A DNA stretch of 63,836 bases, the filler included, from Choristocarpus tenellus KU-1152 (lineage: Eukaryota; Protista; Phaeophyceae), in assembly GCA_964200185.2 (NCBI GenBank). It is 9 parts of 9 records of this genome, joined end to end, with 100 filler letters (N's around TTAATTAATTAA, not from the genome) between each part and the next. Parts side by side here need not be neighbours in the genome. Positions count along the whole stretch, not along the records: positions 1 to 19,464 come from CAXNAD020000464.1; positions 19,565 to 27,982 come from CAXNAD020004738.1; 7 more parts are not named here. One strand, given 5' to 3'. Position numbers and translations under genes: made by a program. Of the stretch, positions 11,384 through 23,565 are shown one piece after another. The notes under the pieces were generated by a model. The model saw nothing but the letters and a program-made list of their open reading frames with translations. It did not search any database and was not told the origin of the DNA. How positions within the stretch are numbered: the stretch's first letter is position 1; every line of letters starts with the position of its first letter.

Positions 11384-14300
11384 TAGATAGAGATAGATAG
11401 AGAGAGATAGAGAGAGTCAAGTCGTTTGTTTAATGCCCTGCAGTGTGTTGATCTGAGTGGAGTTGATGCGAGGTCTCACGGCAACAGTGTAGGTTTAGAC
11501 TGGTGTCATGAAGTTGAAGGTAGCTGTTGAGACTGAGATGTGGCATTGGGTTTGACATCGAGCTCAATTTGTTAGAGACCCTGCTTTTGCTCTGAATGAG
11601 TCAAAGTATCTTAGATGGTAGAGCCGCGTCAATGTTTTGGGCCAGAATCAGTTGTTTCGATTTTGATGTAATTTTGGTGATCGTGTTGTTAGGAGTGTCA
11701 ATATCCTTGTTCCGAATACAACTTTTCATAACGTATACATTTTACCTACTCCGAAACATTTAGGAGTAGGTGATATGCCATAAAAAACCCGTGGGAAGCC
11801 AAGCCCCAAATGGACAAACAGAGAAAAACTCGTACCCTCCGAGACACTTTCACTCAATATTATTTGGGTTGAACATGGTTGTGGAGCTCTGGCTGAGGTT
11901 GCAGCCAAGGGGTGTGGTTGAGGCAGTAACAATATTTTATTGTTGCATTTGGTAACAGCTTTATTATTATGAAAAAATAGTAGCACCACATAATTCCTCT
12001 CACAGCTCAAGACAAGCCCCTCATCACTTAGATGGCTTCTTCAGCTACCACTCTGAGTCAAAGTACATGAGAGGTACTCAGGGTTGCATTTAAAGGATGC
12101 TGACAAATATTTGCAAATTTGTACAAATGAGTTTGGGGAATTTTCTGGATTTTGTCGCTATTTTCCAAACAAAAGAGAAATCAACATTCTCAAAACAATC
12201 TTGGCAAACCATCGATAGAAATATGGGTGGATTGCAAAAGATAAAATATTATGGCTAAAAAATGCAAAACGGCCAAAACCTGGGTACCTCTCGTTGACTT
12301 TGGCTCTTTGATACAATGGAGTCTTCCACACTTCAACTTTCAGCAACGCCACAGCACCATGGTGATACTCAGTATTTGTTTAGCCAATGTCTGCTTGAGC
12401 CCTAGTAATGTAGTGGAGTGTTCGTCAGACAGACGTCCTAACCTTGGCTGTCCTTCTCTCTTTCTCTCTTTCCCACAGCTGGAGTTTCGGTACCTCAGCA
12501 GGGCATTGGGAGACAGCACATACGCCAATAAGGTCAGCTGGTCTGAGTACCATGCTGCCCTTTCCTACTCATCTGGCAGCACAGTTTGCTCAAGCCCGGT
12601 CTCTCTCCTTTGAATCTTTCGTGTTCTCCTGCAAGTGTTGTAGGGGGTAAGTCAATGAGTGACAATATTGTGATAGGGACTTTGCTACATCAGTTACTCT
12701 TTACTCATATTGCCCCCTCTGACATTCACACACACAAACACATACTCAGATACATGCGTGCAACTTGACGGCCAAACATTTGTCTGTCCTTGTCTATCTC
12801 TTTATCTCTTTAACTGTGTCAACCAGACAAACCAAGTATTTGAATTCCTTGCAAAGAAATCAGTCCCCCACGGCCTGTATCCAATCCGCATCAACCCTGA
12901 CACTGGACACTTCACCGGCTCCCAGGTGAGTATGGTCTTAGTTCTCATTCTGAAACAGTCAGAATTCCCTGCTGAGTAGAAAAATGGTAGCATCATCTTT
13001 TTGTGTATGCTCCACAAGGAGTACTAGATTTGGTTTTCAAGCAACTGAGAACAACAGCGGGATGTGGTGTGGGGTCCAACAAGAGAGGAAGAGAAAGGGA
13101 GAGATAGAAGTGGAAATGGAGGATAACTGCTAGGGTCTGGGCTATGTAACCCCTCAGTGCTGTGGAACCTGTTAAGTAAAGTGTAATTCTCATCCATTTA
13201 GCGCTTGCTGATCCTGTTCCTGCCCCTTGCTGAGTGCATTAATATTTGAGTTGCCCCTGGGCAAGTAAATATAAGTTAGTTTCAACATGTTGACAACGAT
13301 AACTCTACCGGTGTCCTAGAGTTGGATCTATTTGAGTCTAGTCTTGTGATGGCTTGGGACAATACTTGTCCTAGTCAAGCGCCTCTCCTTCATTATTCCT
13401 AAACCCTGCCTCATCTCACTGTGCTCCTTGTAACGATGATCAGGTGACCTTTGGCGCCCTTGGCGACAGTTTCTATGAGTACCTGTTGAAAGTGTGGATC
13501 CAAGGGGGAAGGATAGAGGGTGTGTTTCGCAGTATGTACGACAAGGCCATGGATGGCGTAGCCGAAGTGTTGGTAAAGAAGGCAAGTCCCATGCTACCAC
13601 AATTTCCTCCTCAAGCCATGCTATATGAATTTCCTGTCTTCTATTTGGCATAGAAATAAACCTCCATACCATGCTGGATCATCCCGAGATCAAGGGGTAG
13701 AGGAAGATGGATCAAAGCACTCGAAACGCCAATAGATAGAATTTACCACATGGCACATTGAAAGACTTGGATTGCGTAGATCCTGTAACGAACTCTTTCT
13801 TCTCAATCTTATTTTCTTATGTTTATCCTTCCTCTTCGTATTTTGTCTTACTATTGATATTCCTATGACTATCTCTCCTCTCTTAATCTGTACCCATGTC
13901 ACCACTGTGCTTGCACATTTGAAACTTCAAGTCTGCAGATCACAAGACAGAGGAGCTGCAAGGGTCATCAACCAAATAGATAGAGCAACCAGCTGCCACT
14001 TGAAAGGGACACACTGTTAATAACCGCTTGTCGATTATCTGGTACAAAATTGAGTTCAACATTCTCTCTGGTACAACCTCTCTTAAGTATCAAAGCTCCA
14101 CAATACCATCCTGACTTATCGAAACAAAATGTATCTCTCTGTCAAGCCCTTAGTGTGTCCGTCACCAGATCTTTGCTAAAATCCTATTCACAAATACTTC
14201 GGGCAACTTGTAACCTGTAGTCTCACACTCATGCTACTCCTGCATCCACCCTGACTGGCAGTCTGGCGGCCTCACATACTTAAGTGAGTGGAATGGGTCG

Positions 14301-16049
14301 GAGCACCAACACCGCATGGATCACCTTGCATGCTTCGTTGCCGGGAACCTGGCACTGGGGGCTTTCACGACAAAAGATCCCCTTCGTGCAGCCAGAGATC
14401 TTAAGACTGGAAAGGTATAAGTATGATATATCTTCAAGGTATATATTTGGGTTTGCTTTATGTTGATCGCATGCTTCGATGCATCACTCGTTACTGAATT
14501 GCTCAGGATATCTTCCCAGGTGTGCTAGGTCTGAGCTCTCTGTAAAGATTTTGACTACTCCAACAGTTGTCACACCCACTTCTTTTTGTGCATGCTCAGT
14601 TCAATTCTACGCTAAGCTCAGCCTTAAAGCTTCTGAGGATGCACGTTCTTGCCTGATAACAATTTTTCTATCAGATGTGTGACTTGCCCTTAGCTTCTCA
14701 GTATTATTTCCCCCAGAATCCCTGGTGCTACTTCCACACAATACAATCCATAAAATGCATTATTCGATAGTTGATTGAGGGAGGGGCTCAGGGACAGAAT
14801 ATGGAAAAATATATGGTTGTCACCCCAAAATTATTTTAAAAAATTCACACTGAGCCAATACAATGCATTCACCCAGCAACCCCTCCATATTCCCTCAACT
14901 GTATTGCTACTGGTATCAGTAGATACTTTATACACAGCTAGTATACTTTTTCCAAGACACCTTCTTGGTCTAACGTCTGAAGTGGCGGTAAATCCGCGCC
15001 CTTTCACCTCAAACTCTCGCACACTTCCTGTGAAGGCGTTGGCCTACACGTGTTACCAGATGTATTCCAGGATGCCCACTGGCCTACCCCCAGAGACTGT
15101 GGAGTTTCACGGGGATGGGGAGATGCGAGTACTCAGGAAGGCTCACTTCTACGTGTTGCGACCTGAAACCGTGGAGAGCTTCTTCATTCTACACCAGTTG
15201 ACTGGAGATCCAATCTACCGAGATTGGGGTTGGGAAATATTCAGGTGCGCAGCAGTAGGTCATGTTTGTCGACCTTGGTACAGTAGTTAATAGGTGCAAT
15301 TTGCCGGTGTTACATTTCGTGGGAGCTATAGACCAAATTTTCTTCTTTTTTGTGGGGTTAAAGAGATATTCTGCTCGTATCAATCGCACCTGTACTTTGT
15401 GGAAGTGTGTTCTTTGTGCCCTTTAAGGTATCTTGGTATGTGTGTTGTGTTAATTTCCTCCCACCTAGCCTCAGGCAGCAACAGTTCAACCCCCGTACAA
15501 CCTACCTTTCTAACACACATTTTGCTTCCTCTCTGTTGGTTACTTTCTTGCTTTCATATCAGTTCCATTGAGAAGTACTGCAAAGCTGGTGCTGCCTATG
15601 GATCACACCCAGATGTTCGGGTAAGACTGAAGATATTGATGGAGATGTTTCTTGTCCAACAATCACTTAACCCCATCTCCAGTGTTGGTGCGATGCTCTC
15701 AGGCCCTTAAGGCTTATGGGAATTCATGCCCTACATGTCATTGGAAACTTGTGCTCCTCCCATCCCATCAAGTTACTAAACTGTTAGTACACATTGAGAA
15801 CTCGAGATTCACTACCCAAGCTCCTTGCACCTCCTTGGAACAACCAGTCCTCAACTTTTGTATTCCTGCACATCTTTCTGCCATTGCCAGGACACAAGTA
15901 GGCAGCCAGAGGACCACATGGAATCGTTTTTTCCAGGAGAAACTCTAAAGTACCTGTACCTTCTCATGCAACCTGACCACCCCGTGGACCTGATGACCTA
16001 TACCTTCAACACCGAGGCACATCCTCTCAAAATATTTGAAGACATCTGA
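5135..16049 (+). CDS. Class I alpha-1,2-mannosidase (glycoside hydrolase family 47), 15 exons, ~870 aa, with long N-terminal extension
   Basis: Exons: 5135-5767, 6375-6542, 6755-7195, 7596-7715, 8436-8551, 9848-9962, 10998-11078, 11255-11323, 12479-12532, 12827-12925, 13444-13581, 14262-14414, 15036-15244, 15563-15620, 15891-16049 (2613 nt, in frame). GH47 motifs: HIWNGYKAHAWGRDEVKP, TLVDSLDTLWLMG, SVFETTIRVLGGLLSAY, ELGTLQLEF, GDSFYEYLLK, MDHLACF, LRPETVES, ESFFPGETLKYLYL, FNTEAHP. The catalytic part (7596 onward) is near certain; joining exons 1-3 is inferred from splice sites and phase. Confidence 0.93.
6026..6212 (-). mobile_element. MITE family B in predicted GH47 intron 1
   Basis: Reverse-oriented homologue of 2707-2884; TGT TSD. 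Confidence 0.8.
10455..10714 (+). mobile_element. MITE family A in GH47 intron
   Basis: Same TIRs and body as 797-1056; ACA TSD. Confidence 0.85.
11327..11416. repeat. AG/AGAT microsatellite immediately after a GC splice donor
   Basis: Directly visible. Confidence 0.9.
11598..11855 (+). mobile_element. MITE family A in GH47 GC-AG intron
   Basis: Same TIRs and body; AAT TSD. Confidence 0.85.
12055..12306 (+). mobile_element. MITE family C
   Basis: TIR GAGTCAAAGTACATGAGAGGTAC...GTACCTCTCGTTGACTTTGGCTC; inverted partial homologue at 18306-18541. Confidence 0.7.
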
Positions 16050-18305
16050 AGTACCGAGGAGGTAATGGAAAATCATGGTCACATTAGAAAGATCAAAATG
16101 TGTTTGGTGTTTGTATTGTGTCCTTGTCCTATGTTTAGGTTCCCACCCGTCCTAGAAAAGGTCCAGAAGAGGTCCTGCTAGGGCTGGAGTGTAGGTGGAT
16201 TGAAGGTGGTTGGGCGTCCAATTGGATTTGCTCACGATAAGATGATATGGGGGAGGAGACTGGCAGGCGCAAACTTCAAGTTCCAGGAACACAGGCCAGC
16301 CTGAGTGTTTCACCTGAATTGATACCCCTAATTTACCCCGTGTTTGAAAATTGAAGCAAAAGCCTTGATTTCTCTGGTACTAGCATCTCCGTATCATATT
16401 TGAGCGACCATGACCAACAGTGTCAGTTTCGCATTTCTGGAGTGCAATGAGATGAATGTTTGGACATAGAATGACGACAGGAGAGAAACACAAGTTGGAT
16501 ACGATTACAGCCTGGAGATAAACCTGGTCGTTTGTAGTGCAGCATACATAAAGTTAGGAGCCGTTTTTTGCTGGACAATTGTACCTTGAAGGGGAGTTGG
16601 TTAGTTCATAGAACCCACTTTTTGAATTCTGTACGTTTTCTCACTAGAACATACAATAAGAAAAAATAGGGCAAAGCTGTATGATCCACAGCGCGCAGTG
16701 TTTGACAAAAGTTATTTGCTGAGCTCTCCTGTATACATTGCTGTTCTGCTCAAGAACACAGTTGCTGCAATAAAGTATATCGGTGCGAGGACTTCGTGTG
16801 GAAAAGCTGTGACGCACACCACCTCATTGTTTGTTAATTGTTTGTTTCTCAGTGCGATGTCTCTCTTCACTATTCTTGACTAACGCAGGCGAATACTCCA
16901 GGATTAGATCATGGAGACGATCAGATGTCTGTATGCTACACGTGCCTTGAACTACAGAGATATGCTGTAGTTTTCGGGGCGATGCGCGCTAAATTGAAAT
17001 TAGTGCTGTGCCATGTGGTGCCCAGAATGACCTCCCTTACCCATATGCCACTTGCTGCACTACCGAAGACGTTTCCAACTTGCCCATGCGACCAAGTCAG
17101 GATCGATGGATAGAGCAAGGGACAGTAGATATGATCCCATGCCCCCTAGTGTAGAACATGCAGAGGGCATTCAAATCATCGAGAGGAAAAAGAAAGTGTG
17201 TCCTACAGGTTGTCTCTCATCCTATACAGACATTCACTGTCCAGCAAAGAAGCTGCGTGTCAGTCAACAATGGCCTATTCGAGCAATCTTGATGGATATC
17301 ATTTTAAAACTTGGAACATCAATGTTAAACATTTGCACTAACTAATACCTATACTACATTCAACAGGATAAATGAACACTGTTGCTGCCTTATTTTGAGT
17401 ACGTTAAAACACCTTTCTTCCTTCAACAAAATTCTTTCCATATTGTCATTACTGTCATAGTTCTGACATACTATTACTATTATTATTATTATTATTATTA
17501 TTATTTATCTCTTCTTATTTTACCTTGTACACTGGGACTGACATAATATGAATAATAAATATGTTAACATGTTTCTTCCTTGCAACATTGTTTTTGCTCC
17601 TGACACAGTTGTTCAGACATGTTGTTACTACTCTCTCTCTCTCTTATTCAAACATGTTTGTTCATTTGGTATCTGTCCCCAATGCAATCTTACCCCCCTC
17701 CTGATCTCACAACACCACCATCACACCCTCACCAAGGTTAAAGACCAACTATAATTGACAGACAATACCATTACAAAATTGATTCAAGTGTGGAAGGTTC
17801 ATCAGTGAAAATGTCTTGATTAATGTAAGTGGTATGGTTTTTGGGGCATATAGCCGTTATCACTTGGTTGAAGTGCGGGAGGTGTTCTAGTCTTCCTGTC
17901 TTGGGGGGGAAGGGGGAAGACGAGCAGTGCCAACACGCGGTATCATATGCACCAAACAAAAGGGATAGTCTTGACGATGAGAACTTGCATGGTAGACAAC
18001 CAAACCAGCTGACAATTCAGCAAGAAAAAGAAGGTATTGGGGGTGGACATAAGGTTAGAGATTGGATGCTTTGAACGCAGGTTTGGTAAGTAGGGAAGTG
18101 AATAGAAATGAGTTGGATTGGGGGGGCAGATGCTAAGTAGGGGTTGAAGAAAAAGGACGAACTCAAGGTTTTGAGGAAGAAGAGCCCTGAACAAATCTCT
18201 GCCACCTGCCCACCCTCTTGATTACTCACGATTCAGTGTCATATGGGGGGAGGAGGGGAGGTCAAGCTTGGGCGGGGTAGATGTCATGTAGTTCAAAGGC
18301 ACAGT

Positions 18306-18541
18306 GAGCCAAAGTAAATGAGAGGTATCCAGGTTTTGGCCGTTTTGTATATTTAGCCAGTTTGTTGATCTTTTGCCTTTCACCAATATTTCTATGGATG
18401 AGATGCTACGTTTGACTCAAGAACGTTGATTTCTCTATTGTTTGAAAAAATTGGCACATTTCAGAAAATATTTTGTATGCATTTGAAAAAATATACGAAT
18501 TTTGCAAATATTTGTCAGCATCCTTAAAATGCAACTCTGGG
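18306..18541 (-). mobile_element. MITE family C, partial
   Basis: Reverse complement of the 12055-12306 body (shared ttgcaaatatttgtcagcatcctt). Confidence 0.65.
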
Positions 18542-19464
18542 GGAGTGGATGGATGTGAAAGTGTTTTGGATGATTGAATATGGGGTATTCTTGGATGAAT
18601 GTGGAGTGTTGTGGAGAAATGTGGAATGCCATGGATGGAGGAGGTAGAACGTTTTGGGAGGACTGGTGTGGGAATGGATTATGGAAATTGACCAAATTGA
18701 TCTGGAAGTAGATACCATATGCGGAAATTGCCACATCTCCTTGGAAGGGAATATCATACGTGGAAATTGGTCGCATCGGTTTGGAAGTGGATGCCATACA
18801 TGGAAATTGGGCAGATATTTGTTGTGGTGACAACGTGATGTGAGGCACGGTATGGAATGAGTGGTGTGGTGTGACGTAAGATATTGAGGATTGGATTGGA
18901 AGAGAGTTCTTCACCCCACTGCTATACACTACACAGTGGTTGTAAGTATTTTATTAAGAAGATGCCAACGCTGTCGGTACAGGACGTCTAGAACAGTTCT
19001 CATTTCTCACCACATCATACACCTCTCGTCCTATAAAAACTGCACGCCATTCACTTATTTTATGAGTTAACTGAGTTGAGAGGAGTAACTACAAGGGTGA
19101 AAACATTTGTAAGATATTTCATATCGAGCATTTTAGGAACATATATTCCCACTACTATATTTTATCATGTTACAAAAAGTAGTAATTGATAGTAACTTAG
19201 TGTTAAAAAGTGTATCTACATGGAAATCCGTTGGGCCATGTTAAGGAGGAGAGTAATATTAATATATATTCTATTAGCATGCCTTTTGATATTTTGTAGA
19301 CCCTGAGGTATAGGAATAGGTAAAGCTCTTCATTAGCCCTAGCACGCTACCGGAGCCAGTGTAGAGAAGGAGCAAACCCCTGGGCCTCGACCCAACCTCT
19401 GGAATTCAAGCTCACAGTCAGCAGATCCCTAGGGAGGGAGGAGGCCCTATCAAACAGGTGCCCA

Positions 19465-19564
19465 NNNNNNNNNNNNNNNNNNNNNNNNNNNNNNNNNNNN
19501 NNNNNNNNTTAATTAATTAANNNNNNNNNNNNNNNNNNNNNNNNNNNNNNNNNNNNNNNNNNNN
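19465..19564. other. Artificial 100-bp contig spacer (N44-TTAATTAATTAA-N44)
   Basis: Identical spacers at 27983-28082, 34638-34737, 40962-41061, 44175-44274, 52216-52315, 58328-58427 and 61144-61243. TTAATTAATTAA gives stop codons in all six frames. Confidence 0.98.
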
Positions 19565-20421
19565 AAAAAAGCGGCGCGGGAAAGAAGGTTACCCCGGGAG
19601 GCTCCAACCCCACCCCCCCCCCCCCCCCCCCCCCAAACACAAGTGATGTCGAGTAACTTAAAACAAAACATGTAACATCCATTGATACACACACAGATGA
19701 AGCACCCCAGAATGATGGCACTTCTAGCAAGAAAAAAAAATCTATGGAGGATAAAGGGAAAAGCCTTTCTGTGATGGAACTCCCTGATAAGTAAGAACAA
19801 ACATATATATATATATATATCAATAAACACCGCAGGGAAATGGTTCCTTCAAGATCCTACAGACCCATCTCGGAGTGAGTTCTTCCACACACACACACAC
19901 CCCCATTGCCAATCACTTGTCATGAAAGTAACCTGCCAGATGATGATCACTACTGTTCTGCACATGTCCCGGTTAGACTAAAATCCTCCAATTGGTGTAG
20001 AACACCCCCCCCCAAAAAAAAAAAAGTACAATGCTTCTGACCAAAAACTCAGGTCCTATGGTAGGGCTGCAGGCTTTCAGCATGCCCCACAAAAAAAAAA
20101 AAGTGAATGGAATGTGTGTACTCCACTAAAGAGAATGGTCCAAGAGCAGCGCCAGGCAAATATTCCGGAAGTACTCAGGAGTACACTACAGTAGGGTCAA
20201 CAAGAAAAAAATTAGAGAGAGGTTGACGCTTTTTTTTTCCCTCTCACTGACAAAAGAGGGGGGAGGCAGGGGGGGGGGGGGGGGGGGGGGCCCCAAGAGA
20301 AAAGGGTAGCATGTTTTGTTGGCGCTGGTCCCACAACACAAAAAAANNNNNNNNNNAAAAAATAACAAAAAAAAAAAAAAAGTGAGAGTGGGTTTCTCTC
20401 TTTTCCTGCCCCGCACAGAGA

Positions 20422-20455
<34 letters not shown>

Positions 20456-20794
20456 AGGCACCCAATGCAAAGTTGACTGCATCTTTGCTGCCTGGTCATC
20501 CCAAAGCCAAGCAAATGCAATACGTCTACTCTAAAACAAGGGGTTGCTCTGTGCAGCTCTTGAGACCGGGATTTGCGTGCTCCTGAGTCCTTAGGAGTGA
20601 GAGCGTTGTGCACAGGTGCTTACCGTAACAGTCTGGTGCCCTGTGAGGACTACCATAAGGCCCCCTGGCCTTCCATACACCATAGTACACTCTCCTCTAG
20701 CATTCAACACTACTGGCCATGCGCAGAGACCTCTGTTTGAGTCACACCAAAATAGACACAGCCAGGATCAACAGACCCTCATCAAGCCCTGTCG

Positions 20795-20829
<35 letters not shown>

Positions 20830-22804
20830 CAACCTACTTCACAACACCCTAACCCTAGGTTGACAACGAGGCTCTTTGCAACCTATAAATGTTGCCGTGC
20901 GGTTCCACCTTTGATAAATGGATAAATGGATAACTGGATAAATGGATAAATTGCTCGAGAACAGCCGCAACCTAGAGATATAGATGCCTGCGCATGGTCA
21001 AGCGTCCTGTGCGTACTTGCAAACTCAAGGTACAACAACTCCAAATACTCTCTCCAACTCCTAAAATACCCTCTACCTGACTCCTAAAAAACAAAGGGTC
21101 ACACAGACGTATGTCAACGCTTTGACTTCGCCAGAGCCCTACAGCAAAGAGACCCTATGAGATACATCCCGCTTCTTAAAAACTCTATTGCCAGAGAGTG
21201 CACAACAATGCCATCTTGCCCTAGGTACTGATATCAGGCTGTGTGATCAATCCAGGCCTTGTCCCAGCAAGTAAAAGCTCTCATGGTCTCAACCTCTAAG
21301 CCACCGAGCAAATGGAGAGACAGCTGGAGTGAAGTATTGTAACAGAGCTTACGGGGTTCTTTACAAAATCGCCATATCCGACTCGATTGATCGGAAAAGC
21401 AGAATCCCTCATCAAAAGCATCATATTGCAACATTATCTACTTGTAAAACAATACAAGTCATATCGGTAGTTTAGGACCAGCAGGATGTTGTACACCTGT
21501 ACCCTCTGCAAAACGTCTTCCAAACCGTGACACCCAGATGTTTCAACATACACACATGAAACACACCAAAAAAAAAATGAAATGGTTCTAGCCCCAAACT
21601 AAGTGTGGGTTCTTCATCTCCAAGCAGTTGCAAAAAACTGATGCTAACACAAAACCATCAACTAACAGGACTGGATTGGGGATTGAGGGAGTTTGAAGCT
21701 TCAAGGGTTAGGGTGTGTGGCTTTGCATTGTGTGTCAGTAGTATCTGATGATCAAAGCTTTTTGTCAAGTACCCATGTCTTGAGAGATTGAGTCATTGGT
21801 TCACAGGGTCAAGTGCTTGGATAGGCGGTCTTAAATTGTGGGTAGACAATGTAATTAGGTGAAGAAGTACGATACCAAACTAACTCCTTCAAGTGAAAAC
21901 AAATGCACCAACAACCACTTCAATATCCACAGCAACCATACGAACTCTCACACCAGCCACCTATTGCTGCTCTTGAAAACCGCTTGGGCTGAAAGGAAGA
22001 AAAGAGTAGTAACATCAAATGAAGCAACAACTGATATTGCAAATCTTGCTTGCAGTTGCTCAAAGCCGCAGAATATATAGGGGCAAAGCAAGCTACCTTC
22101 AACACTAATATCTAACCCTAACCATGGGTCAAAGATATGAGGAATGGGGGGTTGTTTTTCTAACCTGCCTAAGAGATTCATTTTCCCTTTGGGAGCACCT
22201 TAGGCCTGTGTTACTCCTCCTACACACGTTGCTGCTTTTACAATCAACAGACCCACTATGACCACCATTTGAACATCTGCAAATGGGAGCTGTGGCGTCT
22301 CTTGCTGAGTGTGCCTCATCGTCTGAGGCAAGCACTTTCCCCGCGGTTTGGTCGAAGAGAACGCTGTGGCAATTGATTGGTAGGAGTGAAGCAACGTGGG
22401 GTTCTATTTTTAGTGAAAACTTGCAATGGACGATCAATGACAAGAGGGGGTGTATGTCTGAATCATCAACCATTCCAGGATACTACAGTATTCTTTGGTT
22501 GTATAGTGAGTGTATGAGAGGGGGGGGGAGGGGTAAAAGACCCCAGAGTAGAATAGTCTTTGCCGAAAGAGGAAGGCCAAGTTGTAACACGAAGATAACT
22601 GTTGGATATTATCTTCCTGGTGGAAATGGAGTCCTCCGCTTGTCCAACCTTGTCCAACACCACTCATAACAAGCTGACAAGGCCCCCGGTACAGTGGTAA
22701 ATCTCCCCCTACCTCGAGCCTGACGCTTAGCGTTAGGCGAGGAAATTTTGTCAAACATCTTCGCCTCAGTTTACCCACTATCTACCTAGATTCAGAAAAC
22801 TCGA

Positions 22805-23311
22805 TCAAAACTCTAGATGCAAGTTTTGCCTGGCTAGGTCCTCCAGAGCGCGAATTCGAGAATCCTCCAGACGCCTCAAAAGGCTCGTCGATTCACGTCG
22901 CTTAGTAGCATCAGGATAACTGGCAGCGTCATCTGTTATGTAGGGTTTAGTCATTGTTAGTTTGATGAGAGTTTCGCTCGTTCTTGTTAATGAAACTTGG
23001 CCACACATGAGTTGTCGTAGGCGATGTGAGTGCAAGACTCTTGGAGTTGCAACAAAGGAGGTTCATCGTACCTGTTTCGACAAAAACCTCATCCCTGAGA
23101 GGTATGGTCGTTCCCCAAGTCGAGCGAGGTTCTTTTCCCAGATCAACGTCCAGTCGAGACAGCTCATCCTCCAAGGAGAGTCCCAACCTGTGATGAAGTG
23201 TGGCATTTCAGCGTAGCTCAAACCCTTGCATAAAGTTCAACATATACCGGAAGTAGAGAACTATTTTCACCTTTCCACGACCTCTCCCGTGCCATGTCGC
23301 CCCAAAACCAT
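22805..23311 (-). CDS. Hypothetical protein, 5' exons; may continue leftward toward ~21 kb or further
   Basis: Phase-consistent exons: 23311-23271 (MVLGRHGTGEVVER), 23187-23072 (LGLSLEDELSRLDVDLGKEPRSTWGTTIPLRDEVFVET) and 22932-~22830/22805 (DDAASYPDATKRRESTSLLRRLEDSRIRALEDLA). The first two introns are GT-AG. No recognisable domain. Confidence 0.55.
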
Positions 23312-23565
23312 ATCCGACGCACCCTTCCAAGAAGCAGCCGGTTCAATTTGCCCTATATATATAGATCTATCTCTGGTCAAATCCACTCGAACTGTCTTGT
23401 AAGGGATGGATGAAGTTGTGGTTTCAATATATGCGCGCGCTCGTGCGACATGCATTGAACCTGCGTTTTGTGTTTTGACATAGGTGTAGAAGTTCGTGTT
23501 ATGTCCACGCCTTAGATCAAGTTCCGGTCTGTTCAATGCCGATGTTCTGTCCAGGTGACCAAAAG
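23312..23565. promoter_or_regulatory. Putative bidirectional promoter (hypothetical gene / DedA gene)
   Basis: Divergent putative ATGs at 23311 (-) and 23566 (+), separated by 254 bp. Confidence 0.45.

Noticed and set aside
19565-20470. Poly-Pro/Gly ORFs and G/C/A homopolymer-rich sequence (also 35480-35690)
   Set aside because: Adjacent to Ns and homopolymer-smeared; likely low-quality read ends.
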